Shown piece by piece: positions 48,045 to 57,998 of a stretch of 64,000 bases of DNA; the stretch's first letter is position 1; every line of letters starts with the position of its first letter. The DNA lies in NCBI GenBank assembly GCA_002408565.1, contig DHTA01000005.1:178383-242382 (forward strand), read 5' to 3'. Position numbers and translations under genes: made by a program. Under the pieces are notes generated by a model. It saw nothing but the letters and a program-made list of their open reading frames with translations. It made no database searches and was not told the DNA's origin. Source of the stretch: Patescibacteria group bacterium UBA5272 (GTDB taxonomy: Bacteria > Patescibacteriota > Minisyncoccia > Phycocordibacterales > UBA5272).

Positions 48045-49397
48045 CTAATTTTTATATCTCCCTAAAACACTCTTTTTGAATTCAAAAAATCTGTCTTCTA
48101 TAATACTTTGTCTAATGTCTTTTACTAAGTGGACGATGAAGTGGAGATTGTGAAGTGAAGCAATAGTCGCGGCAATCATTTCTTTACTTCTAAAAAGATG
48201 CGCTAAATAAGCTTTTGTATATCTATGAGCATAACAACTTTCGTCGTCACAAACAGGAGAAAAATCATTTTTATATTTACTATTGAAAATATTTATTCGT
48301 CCATCTTTGGTATAAAGACTTCCATTTCGAGCAAGACGCGTCGGAGAAACACAATCAAAAGTATCTATTCCATTTTCAATTCCATAAAAAAGATCTTCTA
48401 TTTCACCTATTCCCAAAAAGTGGCGCGGTTTATTTTCTGGAAGATTTTCATTTGTAACTTTTAAAATTTTTGTCATATCTTCTTTAGTAAAACTACCTCC
48501 TATACCAAAACCGTCAAAAGATTTTCCAGAAATATTCATTTCTCCTAAAACTTTAGCCGATTCTTTTCTTAGGTCTTCATATATTCCTCCTTGCACTACG
48601 GCATACAATGCCTGCATCTCACCAGTCGCTTCAGATTCTCCAAGTTTAATATGGTGTTCCAAACTTCTTTTTGCCCAACGGTGAGTTCTTTCTAGAGCTT
48701 CTATTTGATAGTGTTTATTAGCAAACGGACTAGTACATTCATCGAAAGCAAAAAATATATCTGCACCTAGATCGTGCTGAATTTCCATGCTTTTTTCAGG
48801 AGTAAAGAAATGTTTACCTCCATCAAAGATGCTGCGAAACTCTACCCCATCTTCAGAAATTTTTACTAATGATTTTTCTTCCTTTTTTTTATTTAATTTT
48901 ATTTTATTTTTTAAACGATATTTCTTAAAAAAGAAAATATCTATAGAGAAAAATTTATTATTTTTAAATATTTTTTTTAATCTAAAACTTTTATTTTTGT
49001 TTTCTAAATTCTTTTCTAGGTTTTGATTAGCCAAATCTTCTCTTTTAGCAATTTTGGATACTCCCACCCCCATTGCTGCCCCAAGAGAAAATACCTGGAA
49101 ACCCCCAGAATCAGTAAAGGTGGGGCCATTATAATTCATCATCCTCGCAAAACCTCCGTGTTTTTTTACAATTTTATTTCCTGGCTCAAGATAGAGATGA
49201 TAAGTATTTGCGAGCACAGCGTCAGAGTCAACATATTTTTGGAAATCTTCAGGTAAAACACTTTTAATTGTCGCCTTTGTTCCTACAGGAATAAAGGCTG
49301 GTGTTTCTATTTTTCCGTGCGGAGTATGAATTATTCCAACTCTAGCCAAAGGAGCTTCTGCCGACTTTTTAGTTATTTCAAAAGAAAACTCTTTCAT
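48045..49397 (-). CDS. tgt: tRNA-guanine transglycosylase
   Basis: TPHG.IETPAFIPVGT, ANTYHL, TDSGGFQVFSL, FDEC, VQGG, FDCVSPTR. Confidence 0.94.
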   Translation of the reverse strand: MKEFSFEITKKSAEAPLARVGIIHTPHGKIETPAFIPVGTKATIKSVLPEDFQKYVDSDAVLANTYHLYLEPGNKIVKKHGGFARMMNYNGPTFTDSGGFQVFSLGAAMGVGVSKIAKREDLANQNLEKNLENKNKSFRLKKIFKNNKFFSIDIFFFKKYRLKNKIKLNKKKEEKSLVKISEDGVEFRSIFDGGKHFFTPEKSMEIQHDLGADIFFAFDECTSPFANKHYQIEALERTHRWAKRSLEHHIKLGESEATGEMQALYAVVQGGIYEDLRKESAKVLGEMNISGKSFDGFGIGGSFTKEDMTKILKVTNENLPENKPRHFLGIGEIEDLFYGIENGIDTFDCVSPTRLARNGSLYTKDGRINIFNSKYKNDFSPVCDDESCYAHRYTKAYLAHLFRSKEMIAATIASLHNLHFIVHLVKDIRQSIIEDRFFEFKKSVLGRYKN

Positions 49398-49402
49398 ACT
49401 AA

Positions 49403-50446
49403 TTAAAACCTCACAATCTCTTCACACTTAGCAATAATATTTCTCGGAGAAAGATTATCTTCCAAACCTAATCTTTCCACTTTAATATTTGAATGGTTAG
49501 GATTTTCAGAAATTATTTCAGCTATTAAACTTCCCATTCCACCAATTCTAGAATGTTCTTCTATGGTTAAAACATTTTTATGAGTATCAGCAAAATTTCC
49601 TATAAAAGCAGCTATTTTTTCATTTTTAAATCTATCATTAGAAGAAATTAAAGACATATTTAAAACTGTTACTTTATAATTCATACTCTCTAATTCTTTA
49701 GCAGCTTGAAGAGCGTTGTACAAAATTGGTCCATAAGCAATTATGCCAACTTGGAAAGTGGCTTCTAGGTTTTTAGGAATATAAACAATCTCTGGTAAAC
49801 CGGTCCACTCTTTAAGATTTCCTTCTCTTTCAAAATAATTTTCATCAAAAATTTTAGGAGAACCTTCGCTAAAAATTCTAAAATAAGAAAAATCATTTCG
49901 ACTGTTTTTAAAAAAACCTTTCTCCACAACTTTTAATAAATAACTTGCTTCTGAAGCGTCAGCTGGCGCAAAAATATTTACCCCTCCCAAATTTCGCAAA
50001 AGAGCCACATCATTTTTAATTTCCAAATTATCTAAATAAAGAGCCTCAGCCAATTCGTTTTCTTTATAAATTCTAGGAGACTGCATATTAAGAATTGTAA
50101 GGTTCACCTCTTTTTCTTTGTTATTTAAGAATTTAAAAATAGTTTTAGAGAGTCCGTTATAAAGCTTGTAAAAATTATCCATCAAACCGGTATGTGAATT
50201 TTTGAGATTCTCATTAAAAGATTCGTTTATAAGAAAAACGTTTTTATTTTGATTTTTAGAAATGGTAGAGCAAATTTGTATTGCTTCCGTAGCAGGAAAA
50301 ATATGTTGCGTATCTCCTGAAGCCTCTTCCAAATTATCTACCTTGAAGATTAAGTTATTATAATCCTCAAACTCAGCCAAGGTAAAAAATGTCTTTTCAA
50401 CCTGATTTTGAAACTCTTCTTTTTCGAATAAATTTTTATTTAACAT
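49403..50446 (-). CDS. Highly degenerate transketolase C-terminal subunit (Pyr + C-terminal domains)
   Basis: DVALLR...APADASEA, GIIAYGPILYNAL.AAKEL and VLTIEEHSRIGGMGS are retained; GxAEQ and GxDGxTHQ are absent. Confidence 0.75.
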   Translation of the reverse strand: MLNKNLFEKEEFQNQVEKTFFTLAEFEDYNNLIFKVDNLEEASGDTQHIFPATEAIQICSTISKNQNKNVFLINESFNENLKNSHTGLMDNFYKLYNGLSKTIFKFLNNKEKEVNLTILNMQSPRIYKENELAEALYLDNLEIKNDVALLRNLGGVNIFAPADASEASYLLKVVEKGFFKNSRNDFSYFRIFSEGSPKIFDENYFEREGNLKEWTGLPEIVYIPKNLEATFQVGIIAYGPILYNALQAAKELESMNYKVTVLNMSLISSNDRFKNEKIAAFIGNFADTHKNVLTIEEHSRIGGMGSLIAEIISENPNHSNIKVERLGLEDNLSPRNIIAKCEEIVRF

Positions 50447-50450
50447 ATTT

Positions 50451-51113
50451 TTAATTTACATTAGCTAAGATAATTGTTGGCTTTTTTAAATCTTTAGCAT
50501 AATACACAGCCTCACAAACAGAAGCTGGGCTCAAACCATTAACTACTAGAGTATCAAAACCTAAATTGATTAACTTGCCATTTAATTTATTTTCTTTATT
50601 AATTTCTGTATTAGAAGATTTAGTGTAAGAAATAATAATAATTCTACGCATATTATTTTTCTGGATAAATTCTAAAGCTGAAAAATTATTTAATAGATCT
50701 AATTCGCTAACTACTAAATAATAAAATCTTTCATGCCTGTCTCCGGAATCTCTGGCGGCAGTATAATGACCGATCGCTTCCCCAAAAGTATTTTCCACTT
50801 TCAAAAAAGTATGTTTGGTGATATAAGACTTTAAATTAGAAAACTCTTCATATCCAGCATGAACCTTTATCACACTTTCTACAATATTGGCATAATTGTT
50901 TGTAGAAAAGACATCGTCCTTATTTTTCCAATTAGGAGTCTTGGGGTCATGATTAATAATTTTAAAATACAAAGCAACAAAAATGCCAGAAAGACTTTTT
51001 AGATTTTTTAAAGCTTTTTCACCGAAAGACGAAAAAACATTACCTATAGTAATTTCAACATCTTGCTGCACCAGACTTAAAGCTTCTTTTTCATCTTTTG
51101 TCAAAGTCTTCAT
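50451..51113 (-). CDS. Highly degenerate transketolase N-terminal (PP-domain) subunit
   Basis: IFVALYF.I..HDPK.PNW..KD, HAGY and KPTIILA are retained; catalytic His residues and the GDG TPP motif are absent. Adjacent to rpe/rpiB. Confidence 0.72.
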   Translation of the reverse strand: MKTLTKDEKEALSLVQQDVEITIGNVFSSFGEKALKNLKSLSGIFVALYFKIINHDPKTPNWKNKDDVFSTNNYANIVESVIKVHAGYEEFSNLKSYITKHTFLKVENTFGEAIGHYTAARDSGDRHERFYYLVVSELDLLNNFSALEFIQKNNMRRIIIISYTKSSNTEINKENKLNGKLINLGFDTLVVNGLSPASVCEAVYYAKDLKKPTIILANVN

Positions 51114-51142
51114 ACAAATCTATTATATCATAGAGAGAATTT

Positions 51143-51853
51143 TTAGCTTCGTCTTAATTTTCGCAAATTAGCGACAAATTTTTCCTCTTCTAAATCCTTC
51201 AACAAATATGATCCTACTATAAATTTATCCGCTCCAGCTTTAGTTACAAAAGAAATAGTATTTTCATTCATAGAGCCATCAACCTGTATAGACAAATCTT
51301 TATAATCTAAATTATTTCTGAAATATCTGACTAATGCTAAAGCTTTTTCGCTAAACTCTTGACCTTGAAGACCTATTTTTTCTATACCCATGATTTGCAA
51401 ATCTGTCTTCTCGTGCTTATAAAGCAAAGAAAGAATTTCTTCTCTATTTTTATCTAAAAAATCTAATTTAGCAGTAGCAATAATCCTGGTGAGACTTTTT
51501 TTAGCTCTGTTCAAAATTTCCTCTAAATCTTTAGAAAATAAAATTTCGTCTAAATGTATAACTACACTTTTGGGTTTAAAATTTTCTACTTCTAAAAAAT
51601 ATTTTAGTTGATCTTCACACATTAAGTGAAATTCTAAATTAAAATAATTTTTATAAGATAAAAGTTTTGTAATTTCTTCTTGCTTCGAAGAATCTGGAAG
51701 CCAAGTCTCATTATTTACAAATTTTCCATCACATAAATCAATTTGTATGAATTTAAAATCGATACTATATTTGTCTTCAATTTGAGATAAAAAGTCTAAT
51801 TTTTTAGCTATTTCTTCAAAATTTTTTTCTAAAATGGCGGGTATTATTTCCAT
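51143..51853 (-). CDS. rpe: Ribulose-phosphate 3-epimerase (divergent)
   Basis: IIPAIL, QIDLCDGKFV, EFHLM, G.QGQEF, QVDG, AGAD.FIVGS. Confidence 0.85.
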   Translation of the reverse strand: MEIIPAILEKNFEEIAKKLDFLSQIEDKYSIDFKFIQIDLCDGKFVNNETWLPDSSKQEEITKLLSYKNYFNLEFHLMCEDQLKYFLEVENFKPKSVVIHLDEILFSKDLEEILNRAKKSLTRIIATAKLDFLDKNREEILSLLYKHEKTDLQIMGIEKIGLQGQEFSEKALALVRYFRNNLDYKDLSIQVDGSMNENTISFVTKAGADKFIVGSYLLKDLEEEKFVANLRKLRRS

Positions 51854-51855
51854 AA

Positions 51856-52464
51856 TTAATTATCTGACACTTCAGCTCTCATAGAAGCCAACCTGTCTAA
51901 CTCGTCTAATTCCGTCTTAGTCACTTTAGTATCAATATTTTCTTCCAGATCTTCTATTTGTTCAACTCTTCTTTCGTGTCTGGTTACGGTTGTCTCGTCA
52001 GCTTCATCAAATTTGGTTAAAAGAAAAGTTTTTATGGCTTGTTTGGCAAATTCCTCACTTATAAATCTTGCTCCAAAAGAAATAATGTTTGCATTATTGT
52101 GTTCACGCAAAAGCTTTACCAATTCCAAATTTTCACTATTTATAACTCCCGCTCGTATTCCCTTATATTTTCCAGCCACTATAGCCTCTCCTTCTCCTGA
52201 GCCGCCAAAAACTATACCAAAACCATTTTTCTTTCCTGTATAAATGTCTGAAGACAGAGCTCCAGCACAAGCAGAAACATATTTTGGATAATCGTCATCT
52301 TCATCATATTCATAAGCTCCAAAATCAACTATTTCAAGAGAAGAAATAACTTGACCGTTTTGTTCTAATTCTTTTTTTAAATCGTCTTTTTCCACTTCCA
52401 AGAATAGTTTTAAAGCTTCTTTCATTTCAAACCCTGCATGGTCTGTGGCTAAATAAATTTTCAT
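51856..52464 (-). CDS. rpiB: Ribose-5-phosphate isomerase B (actinobacterial-type GGSG.GE active site)
   Basis: ATDHAG, DDYP, GGSGEGE, REHNNAN, RHERRV. Confidence 0.92.
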   Translation of the reverse strand: MKIYLATDHAGFEMKEALKLFLEVEKDDLKKELEQNGQVISSLEIVDFGAYEYDEDDDYPKYVSACAGALSSDIYTGKKNGFGIVFGGSGEGEAIVAGKYKGIRAGVINSENLELVKLLREHNNANIISFGARFISEEFAKQAIKTFLLTKFDEADETTVTRHERRVEQIEDLEENIDTKVTKTELDELDRLASMRAEVSDN

Positions 52465-52546
52465 ATTCTTATTATACTATAAAATAAAAAACCTCATTTT
52501 TTATTAATGAGATTTCTTAAACTTTGTTAATAATTAAATTTAATAA

Positions 52547-54838
52547 TTAAATTTCGCAAGCCCCAGAAACGCAAGCAAATTCTTTTGATCCTGTTGTGTT
52601 GTCAGAAACTTCATATTGAGTCAACTTAGAAAAATCTATTTTTCTTATAGATTTAGTTCTTTTTTCAAATTCTTCTTTACCAATTTCCTCATAAGGAGCC
52701 AACTGGTAAATATGATCTGTTCGAGGCAAAAACGTCAAACCTCCGATCAGGCCCCAATTCTCATAAACAAAATTCCCAACCCCAATCCACTCTTCAGGAC
52801 CTACATAAATAGTCGCAGAAGGATTATGTTCCACAAAATTCTCTTTTAATCTTTTCCATTCTTTCAGCAAATCAATAGCTGAGACCTCATCTTTAAATAT
52901 TGCACCTGCTGGCGCTTTAACTGGAAATTCTAAGACAAAGGTTGTAGCGTTGTTTGTCGATTGTCCAACTTCCGGCACACAAGGCACACCTTGATCGCGG
53001 GCCATTTGCAACAAAGGATCTGTACTAGAAATACGAACTCTGCGAATAAAATATGGAGCGTACCAAGGATGCATTCCTGAGCCAACACCCAACAGTTGCC
53101 CAGAATTACCATGTGGTTTTACACAAGTAATCGCGGTAGAAGGATTAATTTTAAACCTTTTGGCATATTTTTTATTTGTATCAATTCCGATGTTTTTAAG
53201 ATTTTGCAAATTCGCATCATTGCGAACAATCTTATTATCGTAATAACCAGTCAAAGAGACACCAAGCAACCTTTCTTCCTCACAATTCGTTTTCCATTTT
53301 TTAGAAAGATAACCAAAATTTGTAAGAGAAGATTGATAGGTTCCAAGAATTGTAGCTATTTCCATTTTTTTAGCCAATGTTTTCATCGTGTCTTGCGGGC
53401 GAATAACAATACTAGTAAGATTACAAAATTGTTTTGATTTAAGATAAATTTCCCCACAAGGATTTAAACCTACCTGCTTTTCATTCTTTATAAATTCCCA
53501 ACGACGAGATGGAACTTGTTTTTCCAATCCCCCGCGATTAAACAAACCCCTCTCTCCTGATTTAGATTTTACTAAAGCTGTCCACTCTTCCAAAAATTCT
53601 TCTGTGCTTGGTTTTTCATTAAAAACTACAGAATTATTTGCCATAGTTCTTTGAGATTCAGACAAATAAAATTGTCCCTTCTTTGAATCTCGCATTTCCA
53701 AATCATCTAATTCCGAAAGTGAAATAAGAGCACTTCGACGAACTCCGCCAGCTACAACTATTAAACCTATTTTACAAACAATGTCGTGTAAATCTAAATT
53801 CGAAAGACGTCGACCCTGTTTAGCTAGGATTTTTTGTTTTGAAAAGTCCATCAATTCCATAAGAGGTTGCGGACCTGAAGCTCTTCCTCCAGCTGTTTCT
53901 AAACGCGCTCCAGCAGGTCTAATTTGAGAGTAATCAAACTTTACATCTTTTCCGTTAAACCAAGACTCTAATCCAAAAACAAAGGCATCAGCCCAGCCCT
54001 CTTTACTATCTTTAACAATATAATTAACAGGTTTTTCTTTGATTTGTTTTTTTATTTGTGGAAATTGTTGGACATTTTCTGATTCGACCGAAAAACCAAG
54101 TCCTGCCCCACACATGGAAATATACATAATCTCGCCTAAATCTTGCGCACAAGTAGGAGTGATATAAGCACAATTGTATGCCCAAACATTTGAATTGCGA
54201 CAAGCTTTACCGGCCGACCAAAGAAGGCGCATAGAAGGACAAACTTCTTGATTTAAAATAGCTTTGCGAATATCATCATATTCTTTTTTGCTTAATTTAT
54301 TTTCCAGATTTTCTTTCATGTAAAGCATATATCTATCCACCGTTTCTATCCAAGTTTCTCGACGACCAAGATCTGGCTTCCATCTAGAATAAAACTGATA
54401 AAAAATAAATTCTGAATAAGGGCTAGAAAAATATTTGCTACTTTCTTCAACTGCTTTTTTTGTAGCTTTAGAAATTGGTTTCGAAACCCTTAATTCTGAA
54501 CGTTTATTACGATAAAGAATATATTTTTTTGCTGTATCAACAAAATTAGATCTCATCAACTCTTTCTCCACCAGGTCCTGAACCATTTCTACTGATGGTA
54601 AAAATTTTGCATTTTTATCTTTTTTAATTAAATCAGCTTGCGCATCAAGTAGGTTTTTAAAAACATTTTTAGCTATAGCATCGGCCATAAGCTCACCCCC
54701 TTCTTTTGAAACTTCAAAAGCTTTTAAGACAGCGTGTGTTATTCTTTCTAACTCAAAGGGTACAACCTCCCCTGTTCTTTTACGAATAAATTTAATTTTA
54801 GACAACTCACTCTTTGGAATATCTTTAGTTTTTTTCAT
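52547..54838 (-). CDS. nrdJ: Class II (adenosylcobalamin-dependent) ribonucleotide reductase with N-terminal ATP-cone
   Basis: ATP-cone IRKRTG..VPF...I, AYNCAY, GGRASGP, GGVRRSALI, NPCGEI, TCVKP.G, C-terminal CxxxxC; no beta-subunit gene nearby. Confidence 0.88.
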   Translation of the reverse strand: MKKTKDIPKSELSKIKFIRKRTGEVVPFELERITHAVLKAFEVSKEGGELMADAIAKNVFKNLLDAQADLIKKDKNAKFLPSVEMVQDLVEKELMRSNFVDTAKKYILYRNKRSELRVSKPISKATKKAVEESSKYFSSPYSEFIFYQFYSRWKPDLGRRETWIETVDRYMLYMKENLENKLSKKEYDDIRKAILNQEVCPSMRLLWSAGKACRNSNVWAYNCAYITPTCAQDLGEIMYISMCGAGLGFSVESENVQQFPQIKKQIKEKPVNYIVKDSKEGWADAFVFGLESWFNGKDVKFDYSQIRPAGARLETAGGRASGPQPLMELMDFSKQKILAKQGRRLSNLDLHDIVCKIGLIVVAGGVRRSALISLSELDDLEMRDSKKGQFYLSESQRTMANNSVVFNEKPSTEEFLEEWTALVKSKSGERGLFNRGGLEKQVPSRRWEFIKNEKQVGLNPCGEIYLKSKQFCNLTSIVIRPQDTMKTLAKKMEIATILGTYQSSLTNFGYLSKKWKTNCEEERLLGVSLTGYYDNKIVRNDANLQNLKNIGIDTNKKYAKRFKINPSTAITCVKPHGNSGQLLGVGSGMHPWYAPYFIRRVRISSTDPLLQMARDQGVPCVPEVGQSTNNATTFVLEFPVKAPAGAIFKDEVSAIDLLKEWKRLKENFVEHNPSATIYVGPEEWIGVGNFVYENWGLIGGLTFLPRTDHIYQLAPYEEIGKEEFEKRTKSIRKIDFSKLTQYEVSDNTTGSKEFACVSGACEI

Positions 54839-54995
54839 ACTTTTACTTTTTTATTTAAATTATTAATTTTGTAATACAAAATAAAAAACCCAAAAGCACC
54901 CACCCGCTTTCTAAATAAATCTTACCATGGGCAAATTTTTAAAAAATCAAAATTTGACAAAATCCAGTCATAGGCTTTCCTTCGTAAGGAAAAAG

Positions 54996-55004
54996 TTATC
55001 AACA
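54996..55004 (+). promoter_or_regulatory. DnaA-box-like TTATCAACA upstream of nrdJ
   Basis: One mismatch to TTATCCACA; DnaA control of nrd genes is known in E. coli. Confidence 0.3.
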
Positions 55005-55042
55005 TATTTGACTCAGGTGGGAAAAAGGTGGTTAAATAAACT

Positions 55043-56119
55043 TTAAATAAAGCTAACAGCTTTCAAAGTGTGCTGCAGGAGAGTATTCGCGTATCCAACT
55101 TCGTTGTCATACCAAATTAAGACCTTTATCAAATTACCATCAACGACTTTTGTCATTTTAGCGTCAACAATTCCTGCATAGCGTATTCCTAAAATATCTG
55201 AGGAAACCAATTCTTCATAGCTTACAGCTAATAGACTTTTCCACCTTTCAGTTTTTGAAGCATTTTCAAGAATTCTATTTATCTCTTCAACACTAGTGTT
55301 TCTTTTTGAAATAAAAGTTACGTCTGCCAAACTTCCAGCAACTACCGGTACCCGAATAGAGATTCCATCAAATAAATCTTTTAATTCAGGAAAAGATTTT
55401 GTCACAGCGATAGCAGCTCCAGTGGTAGAAGGTATAATATTTTGAGCTCCAGCTCTACCTATTCGCCAATTTTTTTTATTTATTCCATCAACAATAGACT
55501 GAGAAGCTGTATAAGCATGGATAGTATTTAAAATAGCTTTTTCTATTCCCACAGTTTCATTTAAGATGGCCATAATAGGAGAGATTGCATTTGTGGTGCA
55601 AGAAGCATTACTAGTGATTTCAAAATCTTTTAATTTTTCTTCATTAAGACCCATAAGTACAGTCTCACTTTTACGCATACTATTTTTTAGATCTTTAGCT
55701 GGTGATGAGAGTATTACTTTTTTTGCTCCAGATTCAATATGGAAATGAGCTTTATCTGCACTAGAAAAAATTCCAGTACATTCCACAACTAAATCTACAC
55801 CTAGGTTGTCCCAAATTTTTTCTTGAACAAATGTTTCTGGGTCTTTTTCACTCAAAAATCTAATCTTTTTCTGATCTCCATTTAATAAGGTTAAAACTAA
55901 ATATTTTTCTTTTTCATCGATTATTCTAGTTTCTATATTTCTAAAATTTTTCTGCCTGTAAACAGTGTCATAATTTAAAAGATAAACCATATTATCCAAA
56001 TCTCCTAAATCGTTGACGGCTACAATTTCAATCTCCTTTAAAGCTTTTCCGTCCATCAAAGCCAACTTCAAAAGAGATCTACCTATTCTGCCAAAACCAT
56101 TAATAGCTATTTTCTTCAT
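55043..56119 (-). CDS. gap: Glyceraldehyde-3-phosphate dehydrogenase
   Basis: AINGFGRIGR, VECTG, SNASCTTN, NIIPSTTGAA, WYDNE. Confidence 0.96.
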   Translation of the reverse strand: MKKIAINGFGRIGRSLLKLALMDGKALKEIEIVAVNDLGDLDNMVYLLNYDTVYRQKNFRNIETRIIDEKEKYLVLTLLNGDQKKIRFLSEKDPETFVQEKIWDNLGVDLVVECTGIFSSADKAHFHIESGAKKVILSSPAKDLKNSMRKSETVLMGLNEEKLKDFEITSNASCTTNAISPIMAILNETVGIEKAILNTIHAYTASQSIVDGINKKNWRIGRAGAQNIIPSTTGAAIAVTKSFPELKDLFDGISIRVPVVAGSLADVTFISKRNTSVEEINRILENASKTERWKSLLAVSYEELVSSDILGIRYAGIVDAKMTKVVDGNLIKVLIWYDNEVGYANTLLQHTLKAVSFI

Positions 56120-56167
56120 AAGAAAATTATATCACAACAAAAATCTTTATTAGAAAATAATTTTAAA

Positions 56168-57235
56168 CTACTCCAAAGAATCCTCATTTAGTGGAATTTT
56201 AGAAATGACAATTCTGGTATTTTTTCCTTCTTCACTTTGAATAACAAAACTCCAATTATTGGAATGAACTATACCGTTTACAATGGAAAGTCCTATACCG
56301 GTGCCAGAAAACTCTTCTTCCACATTTTTACCCCTATAAAATCTTTCGCTAATCTTTGGAAGCTCTTCTTTTTTAATTCCTATTCCAGTATCAAAAACTT
56401 CTATCTTTAAGTACCTTTTACCCAAACTTTTATATTCAGACAAGGAAACTTTTACTTCTCCAGAATTTGTATATTTAAAACTATTAGAAATAACATTGTT
56501 AAAAATCCTCTCTAAATGTATCGAGCTAGCTTTGATGTGTTTATTTGGCTTAAGTTTGTTGTCTATAGAAAATTTTACTAATTCATGTTTTTTATTTTCT
56601 AAGTTTCTATAAGATTTTTCAATGACTTCGACTATTTCTGCCACAGTCACATTTTCTTGCTTATTTTCAACATACTTTATTCTAGCCTCGAACAACAAAT
56701 CATCTATTAAATTTGTCATGCCAGATATTTCTTTCAAGATTACTTCTGTTCCCTCTTTAGCTTCTTCTAATTTTCTTTTTGCGTCTTCATCTTTCTCAAT
56801 CTTTTCAGCTTTTTCTATTTTACTAGACAAGATTTCAGCTCTCATATTTATAACAGATAATGGTGTACGCAATTCATGAGAGAGATTGGAAGCAAACTTA
56901 GTTTGTACATTTGTTATATATTCTATCGGTTCTAACATTTTCTTCACAAGTCTATCAAAAAGAGTGACGCTCACTACAAAAATTATAATATCTGAAACTA
57001 TTAAAAGAAAAATAGTTTGCTCTCTCAAGTTTTGAAAAAGTTCTTCAGCATCCACATAATAGGCAATCTCGTCACTTCTAAAAACTGGCGCAATCTGATA
57101 AATAATATCCTGAGTCAAAAGACTGTAAACCACGAAAGAAAAGGAACCTAAAATCACAAAAACAAAAATAGCAGCTATTAAATCAAGCTTTAATCTTGTG
57201 GAAGTAAAAAGATTTTGTCTGGTTTTTTTAATCAT
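56168..57235 (-). CDS. Sensor histidine kinase
   Basis: Two TM helices, H-box SHELRTPL, N-box NSFKYT, DTGIGI, GTGIGL. Confidence 0.93.
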   Translation of the reverse strand: MIKKTRQNLFTSTRLKLDLIAAIFVFVILGSFSFVVYSLLTQDIIYQIAPVFRSDEIAYYVDAEELFQNLREQTIFLLIVSDIIIFVVSVTLFDRLVKKMLEPIEYITNVQTKFASNLSHELRTPLSVINMRAEILSSKIEKAEKIEKDEDAKRKLEEAKEGTEVILKEISGMTNLIDDLLFEARIKYVENKQENVTVAEIVEVIEKSYRNLENKKHELVKFSIDNKLKPNKHIKASSIHLERIFNNVISNSFKYTNSGEVKVSLSEYKSLGKRYLKIEVFDTGIGIKKEELPKISERFYRGKNVEEEFSGTGIGLSIVNGIVHSNNWSFVIQSEEGKNTRIVISKIPLNEDSLE

Positions 57236-57239
57236 TTTC

Positions 57240-57998
57240 TTAATTAAAAACTAACTTATAACCAACTCCTCGTATTGTCTCAACTCTTCCAGAAAAATTA
57301 TTTTTTTGTAATTTGCTTCGTAAGTTGTGAACATGAACATCTACAAATCGGCTGCTCGGAGTCTCGGACTCTTTCCAAATTCTTTCCAGTATATCTTCTT
57401 TGCTGACAGCCTCGCCATCTCCTTCTAATAAAATTTCAAAAATGTCTGATTCTTTATTAGTAAGAGAAACAATCTTTTCTTTTCCTTCTTCTTTTTTTAT
57501 AAGAATTTCTCCTAAACTAGCATTAAAAACAAAGCTAGAATTTTTATTATTGTGAATAATTTCTTTTTTGCTAGATTTTTCAGTCGAGTAAGAGATTGTG
57601 TTTTTGGTTGGATTATTTTTTTGTAAATTCCTTCTATAAATAGAATGAATTCTAGCGGTCAATTCTTTCACATTAAATGGTTTTACCATATAATCGTCCG
57701 CTCCCGCTGCCAAACCAAAAACTTTATCATCCACAGTATCTTTAGCTGTTAAAATAATTATTCCGCTTTCTGTCCCAAGATTTTTAATTTCTCTTAAAGT
57801 TTCAATACCATCTTTCAGGGGCATCATTCTGTCTAAGATAATCACGTCAAACTCTTGATTCTCTTTTTGTAATTCCTTAACCTTAGAAATAGCCTGTACC
57901 CCATTAAAAGCCACTTCCACGTTAAAGCCTTCTTCTTCTAAATAAAGCTTTATTCCTTCATTCAATTTCACATTATCTTCTACAACCAATATTTTCAT
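57240..57998 (-). CDS. OmpR/PhoB-family response regulator
   Basis: ILVVED, ILDRMMP, GADDYMVKPF, VDVHVHNLRSKL, ETIRGVGY. Confidence 0.94.
   Translation of the reverse strand: MKILVVEDNVKLNEGIKLYLEEEGFNVEVAFNGVQAISKVKELQKENQEFDVIILDRMMPLKDGIETLREIKNLGTESGIIILTAKDTVDDKVFGLAAGADDYMVKPFNVKELTARIHSIYRRNLQKNNPTKNTISYSTEKSSKKEIIHNNKNSSFVFNASLGEILIKKEEGKEKIVSLTNKESDIFEILLEGDGEAVSKEDILERIWKESETPSSRFVDVHVHNLRSKLQKNNFSGRVETIRGVGYKLVFN

Noticed and set aside
51856-52464. RpiB lacking the catalytic Cys (CGTG) as another dead enzyme
   Set aside because: GGSGxGE matches the known M. tuberculosis-type RpiB, which uses Glu as the catalytic base.
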